Origin: an uncultured bacterium
GTDB lineage: Bacteria; Patescibacteriota; Microgenomatia; UBA1400; PJMF01
Direction: 5' to 3'
DNA: 64,000 nt
NCBI GenBank assembly: GCA_903842795.1
Contig: CAIMNJ010000011.1
Location: 3,166 to 67,165 of the forward strand
A program made the position numbers and the translations under genes. This document shows positions 1 through 9,360 of this stretch, piece by piece. The notes beneath the pieces were generated by a model, which saw nothing but the letters and a program-made list of their open reading frames with translations, did no database searches and had not been told where the DNA came from. Position 1 is the first letter of the stretch, and each line of letters opens with the position of its first letter.

Positions 1-1115
1 TAAGTCATCCGCCAAAATTATTTTCTCAGTGCTGATTTTAGCGACTTCTATTTTTTTTGCGGCTGCGATACTTGCAGTTTGTTCTTCTGTTTCTTTAAGT
101 AAATCTGGCAATGCGGAAGTGGTGGCTACTCTAAAGTTCTTATCTTCTTCTCGATCGTAGACGTAAATTGCTCCTGGTTCTATTTTTCTAGATTCAGGCT
201 GAGTGTTGGTGGCTGGAACTGGAGGTACAATGTTTTCGGCCAAAAAAGAAGACGCTGTTGCAGTGTAAAGCAGTCTTTTTTTGTCAGGAGAGAGATAGAC
301 ATTTTTGGCAGAATTTTTAACAATATCTAAGATTTCTTTTGGAAATTTAGACAGAGATTGTCTTTCTCTTAGATAAATATCTTCTTCCCATTGTGCCAAA
401 ATCTCTTTTTTTTGGAAGCTAATGTCTTTTTGTTCGGCAAGACTAACTTTTTTGTCGGCGGTAATCAAAAACTCTTTTTTATCAGAAAGAATAATAAATT
501 CAGTGCTGTCTGGAGACCAAATAATTTGTGCAGTTATTAAATTTAGATCTTCAATGTCATCAGTGATTTGTTTTGGTCCACTCTGCATAGAAAGGAAATT
601 ACTATTGAGGTCCAAGACATAAAAACCATTTTTTAGTTTGGAGCTAGCTTGATTGGTAAAGAAAAGTATTTTTTGGCCATCGGCTGAAGGATAAATATTA
701 CCAATGCCAGTAAAAGTTAGAGGAGTAATGCTTGGAGCAATAGGAAAAAGTAGGGCATTGGTTTGAGTAACTAACTCTTTTTGGATAACCAATTTTTTGT
801 TCCATGGAGAATAGCCTTCTTTAACAATTTGGACTTGGTAGGTGTCTGGTTCGAGGTAGACAGTGTCATCAGTGGCAGTGACGAGTTTGTCTTCGATAAA
901 AACTTGTGCTCCTGCAGGAAAGGAATTCACGTTTAGCAATCCTGTGTTGGCCACAATTCCTTTATTTGTCATTCTCCAGCTGCCACGAGCATATTGAATA
1001 GCAAAATAACTTCCCAAAGTAATTACTATAATTGAAACGGAAGTGTAGATAATTCTTGAGCCTAAAATATCCAAAACTCTATCAAGTAGGCTTTTTTTCT
1101 TTTTATTTTTTTCCA
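1..1115 (-). CDS. PEGA-domain / beta-propeller (TolB-like) membrane-anchored protein, 3' end truncated by window edge
   Basis: Minus-strand reading frame runs off the window start, with ATG at 1113-1115 (MEKNKKKKSLLDRVL...). There is an N-terminal TM segment, then a 'NVNSFPAGAQVFIEDKLVTATD...YQVQIVKEGY' PEGA-like motif, followed by beta-propeller-like repeats. It is absent from the ORF track only because no stop codon falls in the window. Confidence 0.5.
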
Positions 1116-1137
1116 TCACTGGTATTATAACAAGCAG

Positions 1138-2187
1138 ATGTTCAAAAGTCTTTCAAGTAAAATTGCCATTGATCTTGGTTCATCCAAGATCAAGATTGTT
1201 GCAATCGATGATCTTAAAAATGAAGTTTGGGAGCTTTCACCAATTGATTTTAGAGCTAAAGTTTTAGAAGAAGATGCTTGTTTAGCCATAAAAAAAGAGG
1301 GCGATATTTTATTGGCAATTGGAAAAGAAGCTTTGGCCATGAAAGGTCGTTTGGATGGCGCAGCTGAAGTGTTTTTTCCATTTCATCAAAGTCGTATTCT
1401 TGATGAAAAAGCAGCTAAAATTTTAATAAAAGAATTACTCAAGAGGGTTTTTAAAAAAATGATTTTAAGTCCAATAGTTATGGTTACCACTACGGCAACT
1501 GCAACTAATTTGGACAAAAAAATTCTTAGTCAATTCTTTTATGATCTTGGTTTTTCTAAGGTTAATTTGATTGCTTCGCCTTTGGCTGCAGCGATTGGTG
1601 CCGGTGTTCCGATAATTGATTCTTCAGGAACTCTGTTTTTACAGATGGGGTCTAGTGGAATGACTTGCAGTGCTATTTCAATGGGTTCTTTACTATTTAA
1701 TGAAGAAAGCGATTTTGGGGGAGACAAAATATCAAAAAAAATAATTGAACACCTAGCCAAAACTGAAAATTTTTCCATTTCTTTAGAAAGCGCAGAGTTA
1801 TTAAAAAAACAAGTTTTTTCTTTAGATGATTCCAACAAAACTTTTCCTGTGGTAGGAAAAACAATCAATGGCTTTAGTCCTTTAGAGTTGAAGATAAAAT
1901 CTTCTGATCTAAAACCGGTTGTCGATCTTTTTAAAATCGAATTAAAATCTTTAGTTGAAGCTATCTTAAAAAAGATTCCTCCTGACCTGATCACTGATGT
2001 TTTGCAAAAAGGTTTGTTGTTGTCTGGTGGACTCGCAAAAATCAATGGTTTAGAAGATTTTCTTGTCGCCACATTCAATTTCCCAATTGCTCTGTTAGAT
2101 GAGCCAGATTTGCTAGCAAGTATGGGCAGTGCGGCTATGTTGAAAAATATGAATATGTTTGCCGAGAGCTTATCTTTTGACGCTTAG
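1138..2187 (+). CDS. mreB: Divergent MreB-like actin homologue (rod-shape protein family)
   Basis: 349 aa. 'IASPLAAAIGAGVPI' matches the MreB 'EEPMAAAIGAGLP' signature. The N-terminal 'IAIDLGSSKIKIV' corresponds to the MreB phosphate-1 motif, and 'LLSGGLAKINGLEDFL' to MreB 'LTGGGALLRNLDRLL'. Confidence 0.6.
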   Translation: MFKSLSSKIAIDLGSSKIKIVAIDDLKNEVWELSPIDFRAKVLEEDACLAIKKEGDILLAIGKEALAMKGRLDGAAEVFFPFHQSRILDEKAAKILIKELLKRVFKKMILSPIVMVTTTATATNLDKKILSQFFYDLGFSKVNLIASPLAAAIGAGVPIIDSSGTLFLQMGSSGMTCSAISMGSLLFNEESDFGGDKISKKIIEHLAKTENFSISLESAELLKKQVFSLDDSNKTFPVVGKTINGFSPLELKIKSSDLKPVVDLFKIELKSLVEAILKKIPPDLITDVLQKGLLLSGGLAKINGLEDFLVATFNFPIALLDEPDLLASMGSAAMLKNMNMFAESLSFDA

Positions 2188-3534
2188 CCACCAATTGCTT
2201 TGGCGACAAAGAATTTTGCCTGCATCTTCTTCGTTTAGCATCATTTGTTTAATTGCTTCCTCCAAAAAAATTGTATTTTGCGAGCCTTTAACTAAAATTA
2301 GGTCATTGGCTTTTAGTAGATTGGCAATTTTTTCTCCAGCAATTTTTGAATTTTCAAAAAATATGGTTTGATTTTTATTATTTACCCTCATGATGGGTAG
2401 AGCATACTTTTTCATTTCTTGTCCAACTAGGAAAATTTGATCAAAGCTTTTTGAAGCTAATAGCGCTATTTCTTCATGCATTGCTTGAGTTTCCTCTCCA
2501 AGTTCCCTCATGTCTCCAAGTAAAGCTAATTTTCTGCCCTGGTTATTTACTTTATTCATTAATTCAATCATGTCCTTCATGGAAGAGGCGTTATACGAGC
2601 TATCTATAATAGTTGAGTTATTTTTTCCTTTGATTGCTGAAGCTCTCCCAAGAGGAATGGAGAAGTTATTCTCTAGGGAATTTTTTATTTCTTCTGTACT
2701 AAGTCCTGCTTTTATTCCAATTAAAATAGCCGGTGCCAGGCTGTAAGCGTAATGTTTTGGTAATAAAAAATTATTAATTTTGATTGTTAATTTTTGATTT
2801 TTGATTTTTAGCTTGCCATAGTGGCTTTGAATTTGAAAATTAAAAGTGGTGTTAATTATTTTGTCCAGAATCTGTGGTTGATGCTCAATTATTTGCAAAT
2901 CACAAAAGCTATCGCTTCCAAAAGAATAGCTTTCTGCTTTTGTATTTTTGCAGCTTTCCTTGACATTCAGATCATCAAAGTTCAAAAAAGCTAAACCATT
3001 TTTTGGCAAAGATAAGATCAACTTGGCTTTTTCTTCAGCAATTTTCTTTATAATTTGTTTTTTTCTTTCTTTTGGTTCTTGCTCAGAAACCAATTGATCA
3101 AAAGCAAAGCTGTGATTTACGTTGGCATTGAGAAAAACTGCCATTTTGGGTTCGATAATGCTAAGCAAAAAATCCATATTCTTAGGTGGATTGGGACTAT
3201 CTATGCCCATTTCTACTAAGTAGTAATCAAACTTTTCAAAATTAGTAAGCAATTTAATTGGAGCCATAAATAAGACTCTTAGCCAATCTAGAACAGAATA
3301 ATTCTTCATTTCTAATCCTAGAATATCCAATGGAATTCCTGACTCAGAATTAGCTTTAAAACTTGCTTTTACCTGATACTTGTTTTTTAGAACGCTGTAT
3401 ATAGCATTGCGGGTGCTGCTTTTGCCGGCACTACCGGTGATTCCAACAATGTTGCAATTCTTATTCTTTTTCAGTTGCAGTTTGGCAAAAAACCTTAAGT
3501 AATAAAGGACAAATAATGCTGCTTTTTGCTTCAT
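2170..3534 (-). CDS. murF: UDP-MurNAc-tripeptide--D-Ala-D-Ala ligase
   Basis: Mur ligase P-loop 'GITGSAGKSST'; MurF-type 'DSSYNASSMKDMIELM' (DDSYNANP motif); 454 aa. Confidence 0.85.
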   Translation of the reverse strand: MKQKAALFVLYYLRFFAKLQLKKNKNCNIVGITGSAGKSSTRNAIYSVLKNKYQVKASFKANSESGIPLDILGLEMKNYSVLDWLRVLFMAPIKLLTNFEKFDYYLVEMGIDSPNPPKNMDFLLSIIEPKMAVFLNANVNHSFAFDQLVSEQEPKERKKQIIKKIAEEKAKLILSLPKNGLAFLNFDDLNVKESCKNTKAESYSFGSDSFCDLQIIEHQPQILDKIINTTFNFQIQSHYGKLKIKNQKLTIKINNFLLPKHYAYSLAPAILIGIKAGLSTEEIKNSLENNFSIPLGRASAIKGKNNSTIIDSSYNASSMKDMIELMNKVNNQGRKLALLGDMRELGEETQAMHEEIALLASKSFDQIFLVGQEMKKYALPIMRVNNKNQTIFFENSKIAGEKIANLLKANDLILVKGSQNTIFLEEAIKQMMLNEEDAGKILCRQSNWWLSVKR

Positions 3535-6236
3535 CTTTGACTTTCTTTTTTTTGTTCATCTTCCTTAATCTTTTTTGCTGCTTCGCAAAAAGCTTTACCT
3601 CTTTCTTCGTAATTAGCAAAGCTATTGAAGCTGGCGCTGGCAGGACTTAATAATACAATGTCCCCAGAGTTGGCTTGCTTGTGAGCTGTGTCCACAGCTT
3701 CAGCAATTGTTTCTACCTTTTGAACTAATTGAGCGGGATTGTTTCCTAGTGTAAATTCAATTAATCTGGCTCCAGTAGTTGGTAGAGCGATTAACAACTT
3801 AACTTTATATTCAGCAATAATTTGAGCCAATTCGCTAAAATCTTGATTTCTTTCATAGCCGCCAGCAATCAGAATAACTGAACCCTTTGCAAAACTTCTG
3901 ATAGCCATCATGGCGGAATGGGGATTTGTAGAAATTGAATCATTAAAATATTTAACTCCATTGATTTCTGTTACAAATTCAATGCGATGTGGTAGACCAC
4001 GGAAATTCTTAATAGTTTTCTCAATTGAGTGATTTGTTGCCTCAAATAACTTCCCAACTAAGATTGCAGGCATAACATTGTAGAGATTGTGTTCTCCAAG
4101 AAGAGGAATGTCTTTGATTGCAATAATCTCTTCATTTTGGTAAAAGATTTTGTCATTTTTTTTGTAGACAAGTATTTCCTCATCTTGTTTTAAGTCGTGT
4201 CTGAGTTTTTTTGCAATACTGAGTTTTGCCATTTGATTGCTACCAGATAGCTTTGGGTTATAAATCAGATAATCATTTTCTTTTTGGTAGCGGGCGATAG
4301 CGGTTTTGGCTTCAAAATAACTTGCAAAGTCTTTGTAGTAATCCAAATGCTCTGACTTTATATCAAGAACTACTCCAACATGTGGACTATCGGTAAGTTC
4401 AGCTAATTGGTGACAAGATAATTCATCAACAATAAGTGTGTCTTTAGAAATTTTATCTAGCTGATTTAATGGAGCATCACCAATATTTCCAAGTAATATG
4501 ACTTTTTTTCCAGCGTCGCGCAAAATTTCATAGGTCAATTTACTAGTGGTACTTTTGCCTTTGGTGCCAGTAATACCGATAATTGTGCCCTGACATAAGG
4601 TAAAAAATATTTGTGTGTTTGATAAAATTTCACTTCCTTTGGCAATTGCTTTGGCAATTTCTTTAGTAGTAATTGGAATACCGGCTGTTTTGATAATGAT
4701 TTCGTATTGGTCAATTTTTTCTAGATAATTTTTGCCGAAGTAAGTTTTAATATTTTGGTCTTTGCTAAACGATTTTTCATGCTCATCTGCGATGGCGATT
4801 TGTTTATTTGGAAATTTTTTTCTCAAGAAATCAAGGGTTGATATCCCTTCGCGTCCCATGCCCAAGATAAGAACTGATTTTTTAGAAAGTTTATCCATCA
4901 ATTCTGTTTCTGCAATTTTTTGTTTGATTTGTTTTAAAAACATTGGTGGTGACTTGCTTTTTTTGTAGGCTAATACCAATGCTTGGCGAACTTCTGCAAA
5001 TGTGCCAACGCATTCAAAGGGTTTTTTATTTCCAAAGCCAGCTAAATCTAAAAAAGTTTGTTTTAGTGATTTTTTGGCAAAGAGATTTTCACTAAAAATT
5101 TTATTGCTTACAATTTCTTCTTCCAAGAACGCTGAAAACATGGTGTAGACGAAAGCACATTTTGGACAATCTTGGCACCAAATTCCTTTTTTTTGTCCGA
5201 CATTGCAACTCCTTAGAACTTCAAGAATTTTTTCAAATCTTTTGTCTTTAGTAGCGAATTGGCATAATCTTTGTGCGATTTCCAGTTCTGACAAAGATCT
5301 TAGTAGGGACAAATATTTTGGAAAATCATTTTTTTCTGAGAAAAGTTGTTCTTGACTATATTGGCTGAACTTTTTTTCAAAATCCAAGCTTTTAGAATAT
5401 TGGTGATTAATTTTTTGTCCCAAATAAATAAGATTTTCTTCCTCACTACTGGCTTCATTGCCAAGTAAAATATTTTCTTGACCATAAAGATAAGCAATAG
5501 ATGAGCCGGCAAAGGCAAGATAAGAGCTAAATGGAGTATGACCATTTAAATATCCTTGTTTATTCATTTCCAATAAGGTTGGATCGATGCTGCGCTCAGC
5601 TTCAATAATATTTTTACAATAACCATTTTTTTGTAAAATTAGAGCAATCTCTTTGGCTGCGGCAGAGTGTGGAGCAAGTAAAAATATATCGTAAGGCAAT
5701 TTCCTTTCTTCTATCATGGCTAAAACTGTAGAAGAGTCTTTTCCTCCGCCAACTGGTACAAGAATAGAGGAATTTTTTGGTGGATTAAATTTTGTTGTTA
5801 ATCCTTCTATTTCTGATGTTTTTTCTAATTTTATTTTAATGAAATCTTCTTTTGTAAAGTCAATTTTGTTTTGATAATAGAATTCACCAAGACCCTTAAT
5901 TAGGAGATCATGCCAAAAACTTTTGTTTTTTTCTGTAATTTGTCCTTGATGTTTAACGACTATTTCTTTTGGGCAAGCAACTTTGAAGTAGCTTGGAATT
6001 TCAGCCATTCCAAGATGAAAGAATAATTTGTTTAATTGCGGGTCTAGGGTTTCTTTGGTGGAAATTTGATTAATTATTTCTTGACTTATATTTTTGATTT
6101 TTAATTTTGGGTAAAATTTTATATTTGGTTCGAGTTCAAGGTCAAAAGTCAAAATCAGATCATTGTTTTCTTTTTTAAAATCAAATCCCCAATAAATCAG
6201 TCTAGGATGTTTTTTTCTTAAACTTTTGATGTCCAT
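3531..6236 (-). CDS. murD: UDP-MurNAc-L-Ala--D-Glu ligase (MurD) carrying an N-terminal ~470-aa PP-loop-like domain
   Basis: The C-terminal half has MurD motifs 'GITGTKGKSTT', 'LLGNIGDAPL' and 'ELSCHQLAEL' (ELSSFQL), plus an N-terminal Rossmann 'ILGMGREGIS'. The N-terminal half has 'VPVGGGKDSSTVL' (an SGGxDS-like PP-loop) and a 'CNVGQKKGIWCQDCPKC' Cys cluster. Start is placed at MDIKSLRK (6236) rather than ORF-track 6320, to avoid overlap with the divergent gene starting at 6297. Confidence 0.75.
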   Translation of the reverse strand: MDIKSLRKKHPRLIYWGFDFKKENNDLILTFDLELEPNIKFYPKLKIKNISQEIINQISTKETLDPQLNKLFFHLGMAEIPSYFKVACPKEIVVKHQGQITEKNKSFWHDLLIKGLGEFYYQNKIDFTKEDFIKIKLEKTSEIEGLTTKFNPPKNSSILVPVGGGKDSSTVLAMIEERKLPYDIFLLAPHSAAAKEIALILQKNGYCKNIIEAERSIDPTLLEMNKQGYLNGHTPFSSYLAFAGSSIAYLYGQENILLGNEASSEEENLIYLGQKINHQYSKSLDFEKKFSQYSQEQLFSEKNDFPKYLSLLRSLSELEIAQRLCQFATKDKRFEKILEVLRSCNVGQKKGIWCQDCPKCAFVYTMFSAFLEEEIVSNKIFSENLFAKKSLKQTFLDLAGFGNKKPFECVGTFAEVRQALVLAYKKSKSPPMFLKQIKQKIAETELMDKLSKKSVLILGMGREGISTLDFLRKKFPNKQIAIADEHEKSFSKDQNIKTYFGKNYLEKIDQYEIIIKTAGIPITTKEIAKAIAKGSEILSNTQIFFTLCQGTIIGITGTKGKSTTSKLTYEILRDAGKKVILLGNIGDAPLNQLDKISKDTLIVDELSCHQLAELTDSPHVGVVLDIKSEHLDYYKDFASYFEAKTAIARYQKENDYLIYNPKLSGSNQMAKLSIAKKLRHDLKQDEEILVYKKNDKIFYQNEEIIAIKDIPLLGEHNLYNVMPAILVGKLFEATNHSIEKTIKNFRGLPHRIEFVTEINGVKYFNDSISTNPHSAMMAIRSFAKGSVILIAGGYERNQDFSELAQIIAEYKVKLLIALPTTGARLIEFTLGNNPAQLVQKVETIAEAVDTAHKQANSGDIVLLSPASASFNSFANYEERGKAFCEAAKKIKEDEQKKESQR

Positions 6237-6296
6237 AAACTCATTATAGCTTATATAACTGCGACTGTTGATGAAAAAACCTGATAAAATCAAACT

Positions 6297-7070
6297 ATGA
6301 AAGTTATGCAAACAAGTCAAATTTTTGGTTTTCCAATCCTTAGTGTTAGGAAACAGGAATTCTTTGATTCTTTGGATAGCTTTTTTTTAGAAAATAGACG
6401 AGACAAATCTCTTACCCTAAAGATTTTTACACCAAATCCCGAACAATTGGTTGTTGCTACAAATGATAAAATTTTTTCTTCAAATTTGTCCAAAGCAAAT
6501 TATCTTTTACCAGATGGGATCGGTTTGGTTTATGCCTCAAAAATTTTGAGTTTTTTTGGCAAAACTAAAGAAAAAATCAAAGAACGCATTGCTGGGGTAG
6601 AGGTGGTAGAGCATTTGCTTGACTTGATTAAAGAGCAAAAACTAAAAGCCTTAATTATCGGTGGGAGAGATTACAGTAATGCTGAAGATGTAGAATTTTC
6701 CTCCAATCTCTTCTGGACAGAGGGATATCAGGATAAATTTGAAATTTTATCTACTGAAGAAGCTGTTTTGACAGAAAAAATTAATGAGCTGAAACCAGAT
6801 TTGGTTTTTATTGCCTTTGGAGCTCCAGATCAGGAAAACTGGATTATTAATCACGAAAAATTATTAGAAGAAAACAAAGTTAGAATTGCCATGGCAGTTG
6901 GAGGCTCATTTGATTTTATTTTCAATAGAGTCAAGAGAGCTCCAGTTTTTGTTCAAAAACTTGGCTTTGAATGGCTTTGGCGCCTCATAAAACAGCCATG
7001 GAGAAGACACAGACAATTACGCCTACTCAGTTTCATTTGGCTGGTTATTAAGGAAATTTTTAAGCGTTAG
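6297..7070 (+). CDS. WecB/TagA/CpsF-family glycosyltransferase (N-acetylmannosaminyltransferase-like)
   Basis: 'FTPNPEQLV', 'LPDGIGLVYASKIL', 'IAFGAPDQENW' and a C-terminal 'WLWRL' are typical of the TagA/WecG family; 257 aa. Confidence 0.75.
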   Translation: MKVMQTSQIFGFPILSVRKQEFFDSLDSFFLENRRDKSLTLKIFTPNPEQLVVATNDKIFSSNLSKANYLLPDGIGLVYASKILSFFGKTKEKIKERIAGVEVVEHLLDLIKEQKLKALIIGGRDYSNAEDVEFSSNLFWTEGYQDKFEILSTEEAVLTEKINELKPDLVFIAFGAPDQENWIINHEKLLEENKVRIAMAVGGSFDFIFNRVKRAPVFVQKLGFEWLWRLIKQPWRRHRQLRLLSFIWLVIKEIFKR

Positions 7071-7072
7071 CT

Positions 7073-7345
7073 CTAGCTCTCTTCAGCTCCGTTTGGATTG
7101 ACACCCAAAAGCCAGAGTACAGCTTCTTTTTTGTAGCGTCTATCACCTCTGGAATTAATGCGAATGGCTGGTAATTTACCTCTTTTACCCCAGCGTTTGA
7201 TTGTGAGAGGGGAAACACGTAATAGATCGGCAACTTCACGGACAGTTAAAAGGTCTGGCAGGTTTTTTATATCTAATTTATTAGCATCATCAGCACGACC
7301 TGTTTTTTTGTCGTCCTCGTTGATCATGTTGACATTGTCGTTCAT
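7073..7345 (-). CDS. Small helix-turn-helix DNA-binding protein (excisionase/MerR-like HTH_17 type)
   Basis: 'LLTVREVADLLRVSPLTIKRWGKRGKLPAIRI' is a classic excisionase-family HTH; 90 aa. Confidence 0.55.
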   Translation of the reverse strand: MNDNVNMINEDDKKTGRADDANKLDIKNLPDLLTVREVADLLRVSPLTIKRWGKRGKLPAIRINSRGDRRYKKEAVLWLLGVNPNGAEES

Positions 7346-7673
7346 TTTTCCTTTCGCTTCAGGCTTTTTATCGCCTTAAATTAATTAGATATCCTATAAC
7401 TTAGACTGTGACGGTGAGGAATGAGTCTTTTTAGATCAAAGTATTATCTTGATCTATATCTAACAGTAACAGATTGAGACTCTATGGGTCAAGAGGGAAA
7501 ATTATCTTTTGTTGTCAAAAGTTTTGCATCTTTTTCCACATAAATGTCCTATAATTTTTTTGAGAATTAGAAAAAGGCGAAACTTATATCCTATAATTTT
7601 TTTAATGTTTGAAATGTGTGAAAAACTGTCAAAATTTGCTCTTTATGGAGCAAAATGAAATAATCAAAGCAAT

Positions 7674-8069
7674 ATGAAACAAAAACTAATTGCGGAAAAT
7701 AAACTTTCCTATTCTGTATCTGTTTTAGCCTTGGTTTTCTTGCTACTTGGTGGTTTTTGTGCTGCTAGAACTCTTGTTAATATGCGTTTTTTTGAAAAGT
7801 ACCCAAACAACGGTGTTTTATCTTTTAGCAATAATTACATGCAGAGAGAAGAGGATTGTACCTCATATCCAATGCAATATTTTGACAGTAAGGGAGAAAC
7901 TAGGCCGGCCACAGCAGACGAGAAAAAAATGAGCGAAGATCAAAAACAGATTTGTTTGAGTTCTGTTGCCAAATCTAGGGAAAATGCCAAGATTAATGAC
8001 ATTAGTATTTCTTTGTTTTACTTATTTCTTGGTACAGGAATTTTTGTTGGCAAGAAATTTTTGAAATAA
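7674..8069 (+). CDS. Hypothetical small membrane protein
   Basis: N-terminal TM 'VLALVFLLLGGFCAA' and C-terminal TM 'ISLFYLFLGTGIFVG'. No recognisable family. Confidence 0.4.
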   Translation: MKQKLIAENKLSYSVSVLALVFLLLGGFCAARTLVNMRFFEKYPNNGVLSFSNNYMQREEDCTSYPMQYFDSKGETRPATADEKKMSEDQKQICLSSVAKSRENAKINDISISLFYLFLGTGIFVGKKFLK

Positions 8070-8145
8070 AAAAGGGACATTCTCTCGCAAAGCTCGGTCT
8101 CGTCCTCCGTCTCCACTTCGGACATTCCTTCACGTAGCTCAGTCA

Positions 8146-8180
8146 CAAAAAACCCCGCTGTTGAAAGCGGGGTTTTTACT
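8146..8180. terminator. Bidirectional rho-independent terminator between convergent genes
   Basis: 'AAAAAACCCCGCTgttgaaAGCGGGGTTTTT': 7-bp GC stem flanked by an A-tract and a T-tract. Confidence 0.7.
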
Positions 8181-8206
8181 ATTTCTTGCTTAAAGAATTG
8201 AAATAA

Positions 8207-8593
8207 TTATTTCAATTCAACGACACAACCAGCTTCTTCCAAAGCTTTTTTGGCTGCTTCAGCATCTTCCTTCTTAGCACCTTCTAAGACTGGCTTAGGA
8301 GCTGATTCGACGAAAGTTTTGGCTTCACCTAAACCTAATTCTGGTTTAAGGGTACGCACAGCTTTGATAGCAGCAATTTTGTTGCTACCGGCTTCTTTGA
8401 GGATGACGTCAAATTCGTCTTTTTCCTCAGCAGCAGCGGCTGGAGCGGCGGCCATAGCACCCATCATCATAGGAGCGGCGGCGGTTACACCAAAGGTGTC
8501 TTCTAAAGCGGTTACGAGTTCTGAGACTTCCATTAAGGAGAGTTCTTTGACTGCGTCAACGAGCTTTTGAACTTTTTCTGAGAGTTCTGCCAT
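8207..8593 (-). CDS. rplL: Ribosomal protein L7/L12
   Basis: '[36 protein letters not shown]...' with an Ala-rich hinge and a C-terminal 'EAGCVVELK'. Confidence 0.95.
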   Translation of the reverse strand: MAELSEKVQKLVDAVKELSLMEVSELVTALEDTFGVTAAAPMMMGAMAAAPAAAAEEKDEFDVILKEAGSNKIAAIKAVRTLKPELGLGEAKTFVESAPKPVLEGAKKEDAEAAKKALEEAGCVVELK

Positions 8594-8642
8594 ATATTTG
8601 TTCCTTTCTTATTACTTTATTATTAACTTCTAACCTAACTAA

Positions 8643-9146
8643 TTATTTTTTGTCGGCAATTGCCTTCATGACATACACCAAGTTACGGGCGTTGGCCTTA
8701 AGAACATTGACCAAACCTTGACCTGGAGACTTAAGTCTTTGAATCAACATGACGATCATTTCGTTCTTACCTGGCAATTTACTTAGAGCTTTGACTTCTT
8801 CAACAGAGAGGACTTTGCCATCCATGTAACCTTGCTTGATGGTTAAGAGTTCTTTGTCATCGTGGAATTGCACCAAAGCTTTGATAGCGGCGACTGGGTC
8901 GTTGTAAGAAAAAATAGCTGCACTCATGCCTTGGAGTGATTCGCTAAGCTTACCTTTGCCGACGGCAATATCGATTAAAGTGTTCTTGGTGACAAACATT
9001 TCACCACCAGCTTCTACTAGAGCAGCACGGAGTTCAGTTAAGTCTTTGACGTTGGTGCCAGCATAGTCAATAACGACCATGGAAGCAGCTCTGTCCAATT
9101 TTTCTTGGACAATTTTGATTTGTTCTTGATTGTGTTGGTTTGGCAT
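8643..9146 (-). CDS. rplJ: Ribosomal protein L10
   Basis: 167 aa; 'VVIDYAGTNVKDLTELRAAL...FVTKNTL'; sits immediately upstream of rplL. Confidence 0.95.
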   Translation of the reverse strand: MPNQHNQEQIKIVQEKLDRAASMVVIDYAGTNVKDLTELRAALVEAGGEMFVTKNTLIDIAVGKGKLSESLQGMSAAIFSYNDPVAAIKALVQFHDDKELLTIKQGYMDGKVLSVEEVKALSKLPGKNEMIVMLIQRLKSPGQGLVNVLKANARNLVYVMKAIADKK

Positions 9147-9360
9147 AAAATGCTTTCAAATACTACTAAAATTACTATTTTCTAGTTTGTTGCAAAATAA
9201 GTGGGGAAATGCAGGGAAGATAAATAACAAAAAGCTATTTTCCTCGGTGCGATTTTTAACTTCTACTTGGCTTTTGCTTATATAGAAGCCACACTGTCTT
9301 TGGAACAAGACTTGCATTATACAACTATTTGTATTTTTTAGAAAGAGGAAGTCTAGAAGA
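9147..9360 (-). promoter_or_regulatory. rplJ 5' leader (candidate L10(L12)4 autoregulatory leader)
   Basis: ~210-nt untranslated region upstream of rplJ. Bacterial rplJ leaders commonly carry an L10-binding structure. No specific structure was verified here. Confidence 0.3.

Noticed and set aside
422-622. Plus-strand 66-aa ORF inside the PEGA-domain gene
   Set aside because: It is antisense to a longer, motif-bearing minus-strand CDS that runs off the window start.
6237-6320. ORF-track start of the MurD fusion at 6320 (MTCLHNFHSL...)
   Set aside because: It would overlap the divergent tagA-like gene starting at 6297. The internal Met at 6236 (MDIKSLRK) leaves a sensible 60-nt divergent promoter region.
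7073-8069. Integrative mobile element around the excisionase-like HTH gene
   Set aside because: No integrase, transposase, flanking direct repeats or adjacent tRNA target were seen in the window. I report it only as an orphan regulatory module.
8250-8570. Plus-strand ORF antisense to rplL (Ala/Ser-rich)
   Set aside because: Antisense shadow ORF of the Ala-rich L7/L12 hinge; rplL is unambiguous.
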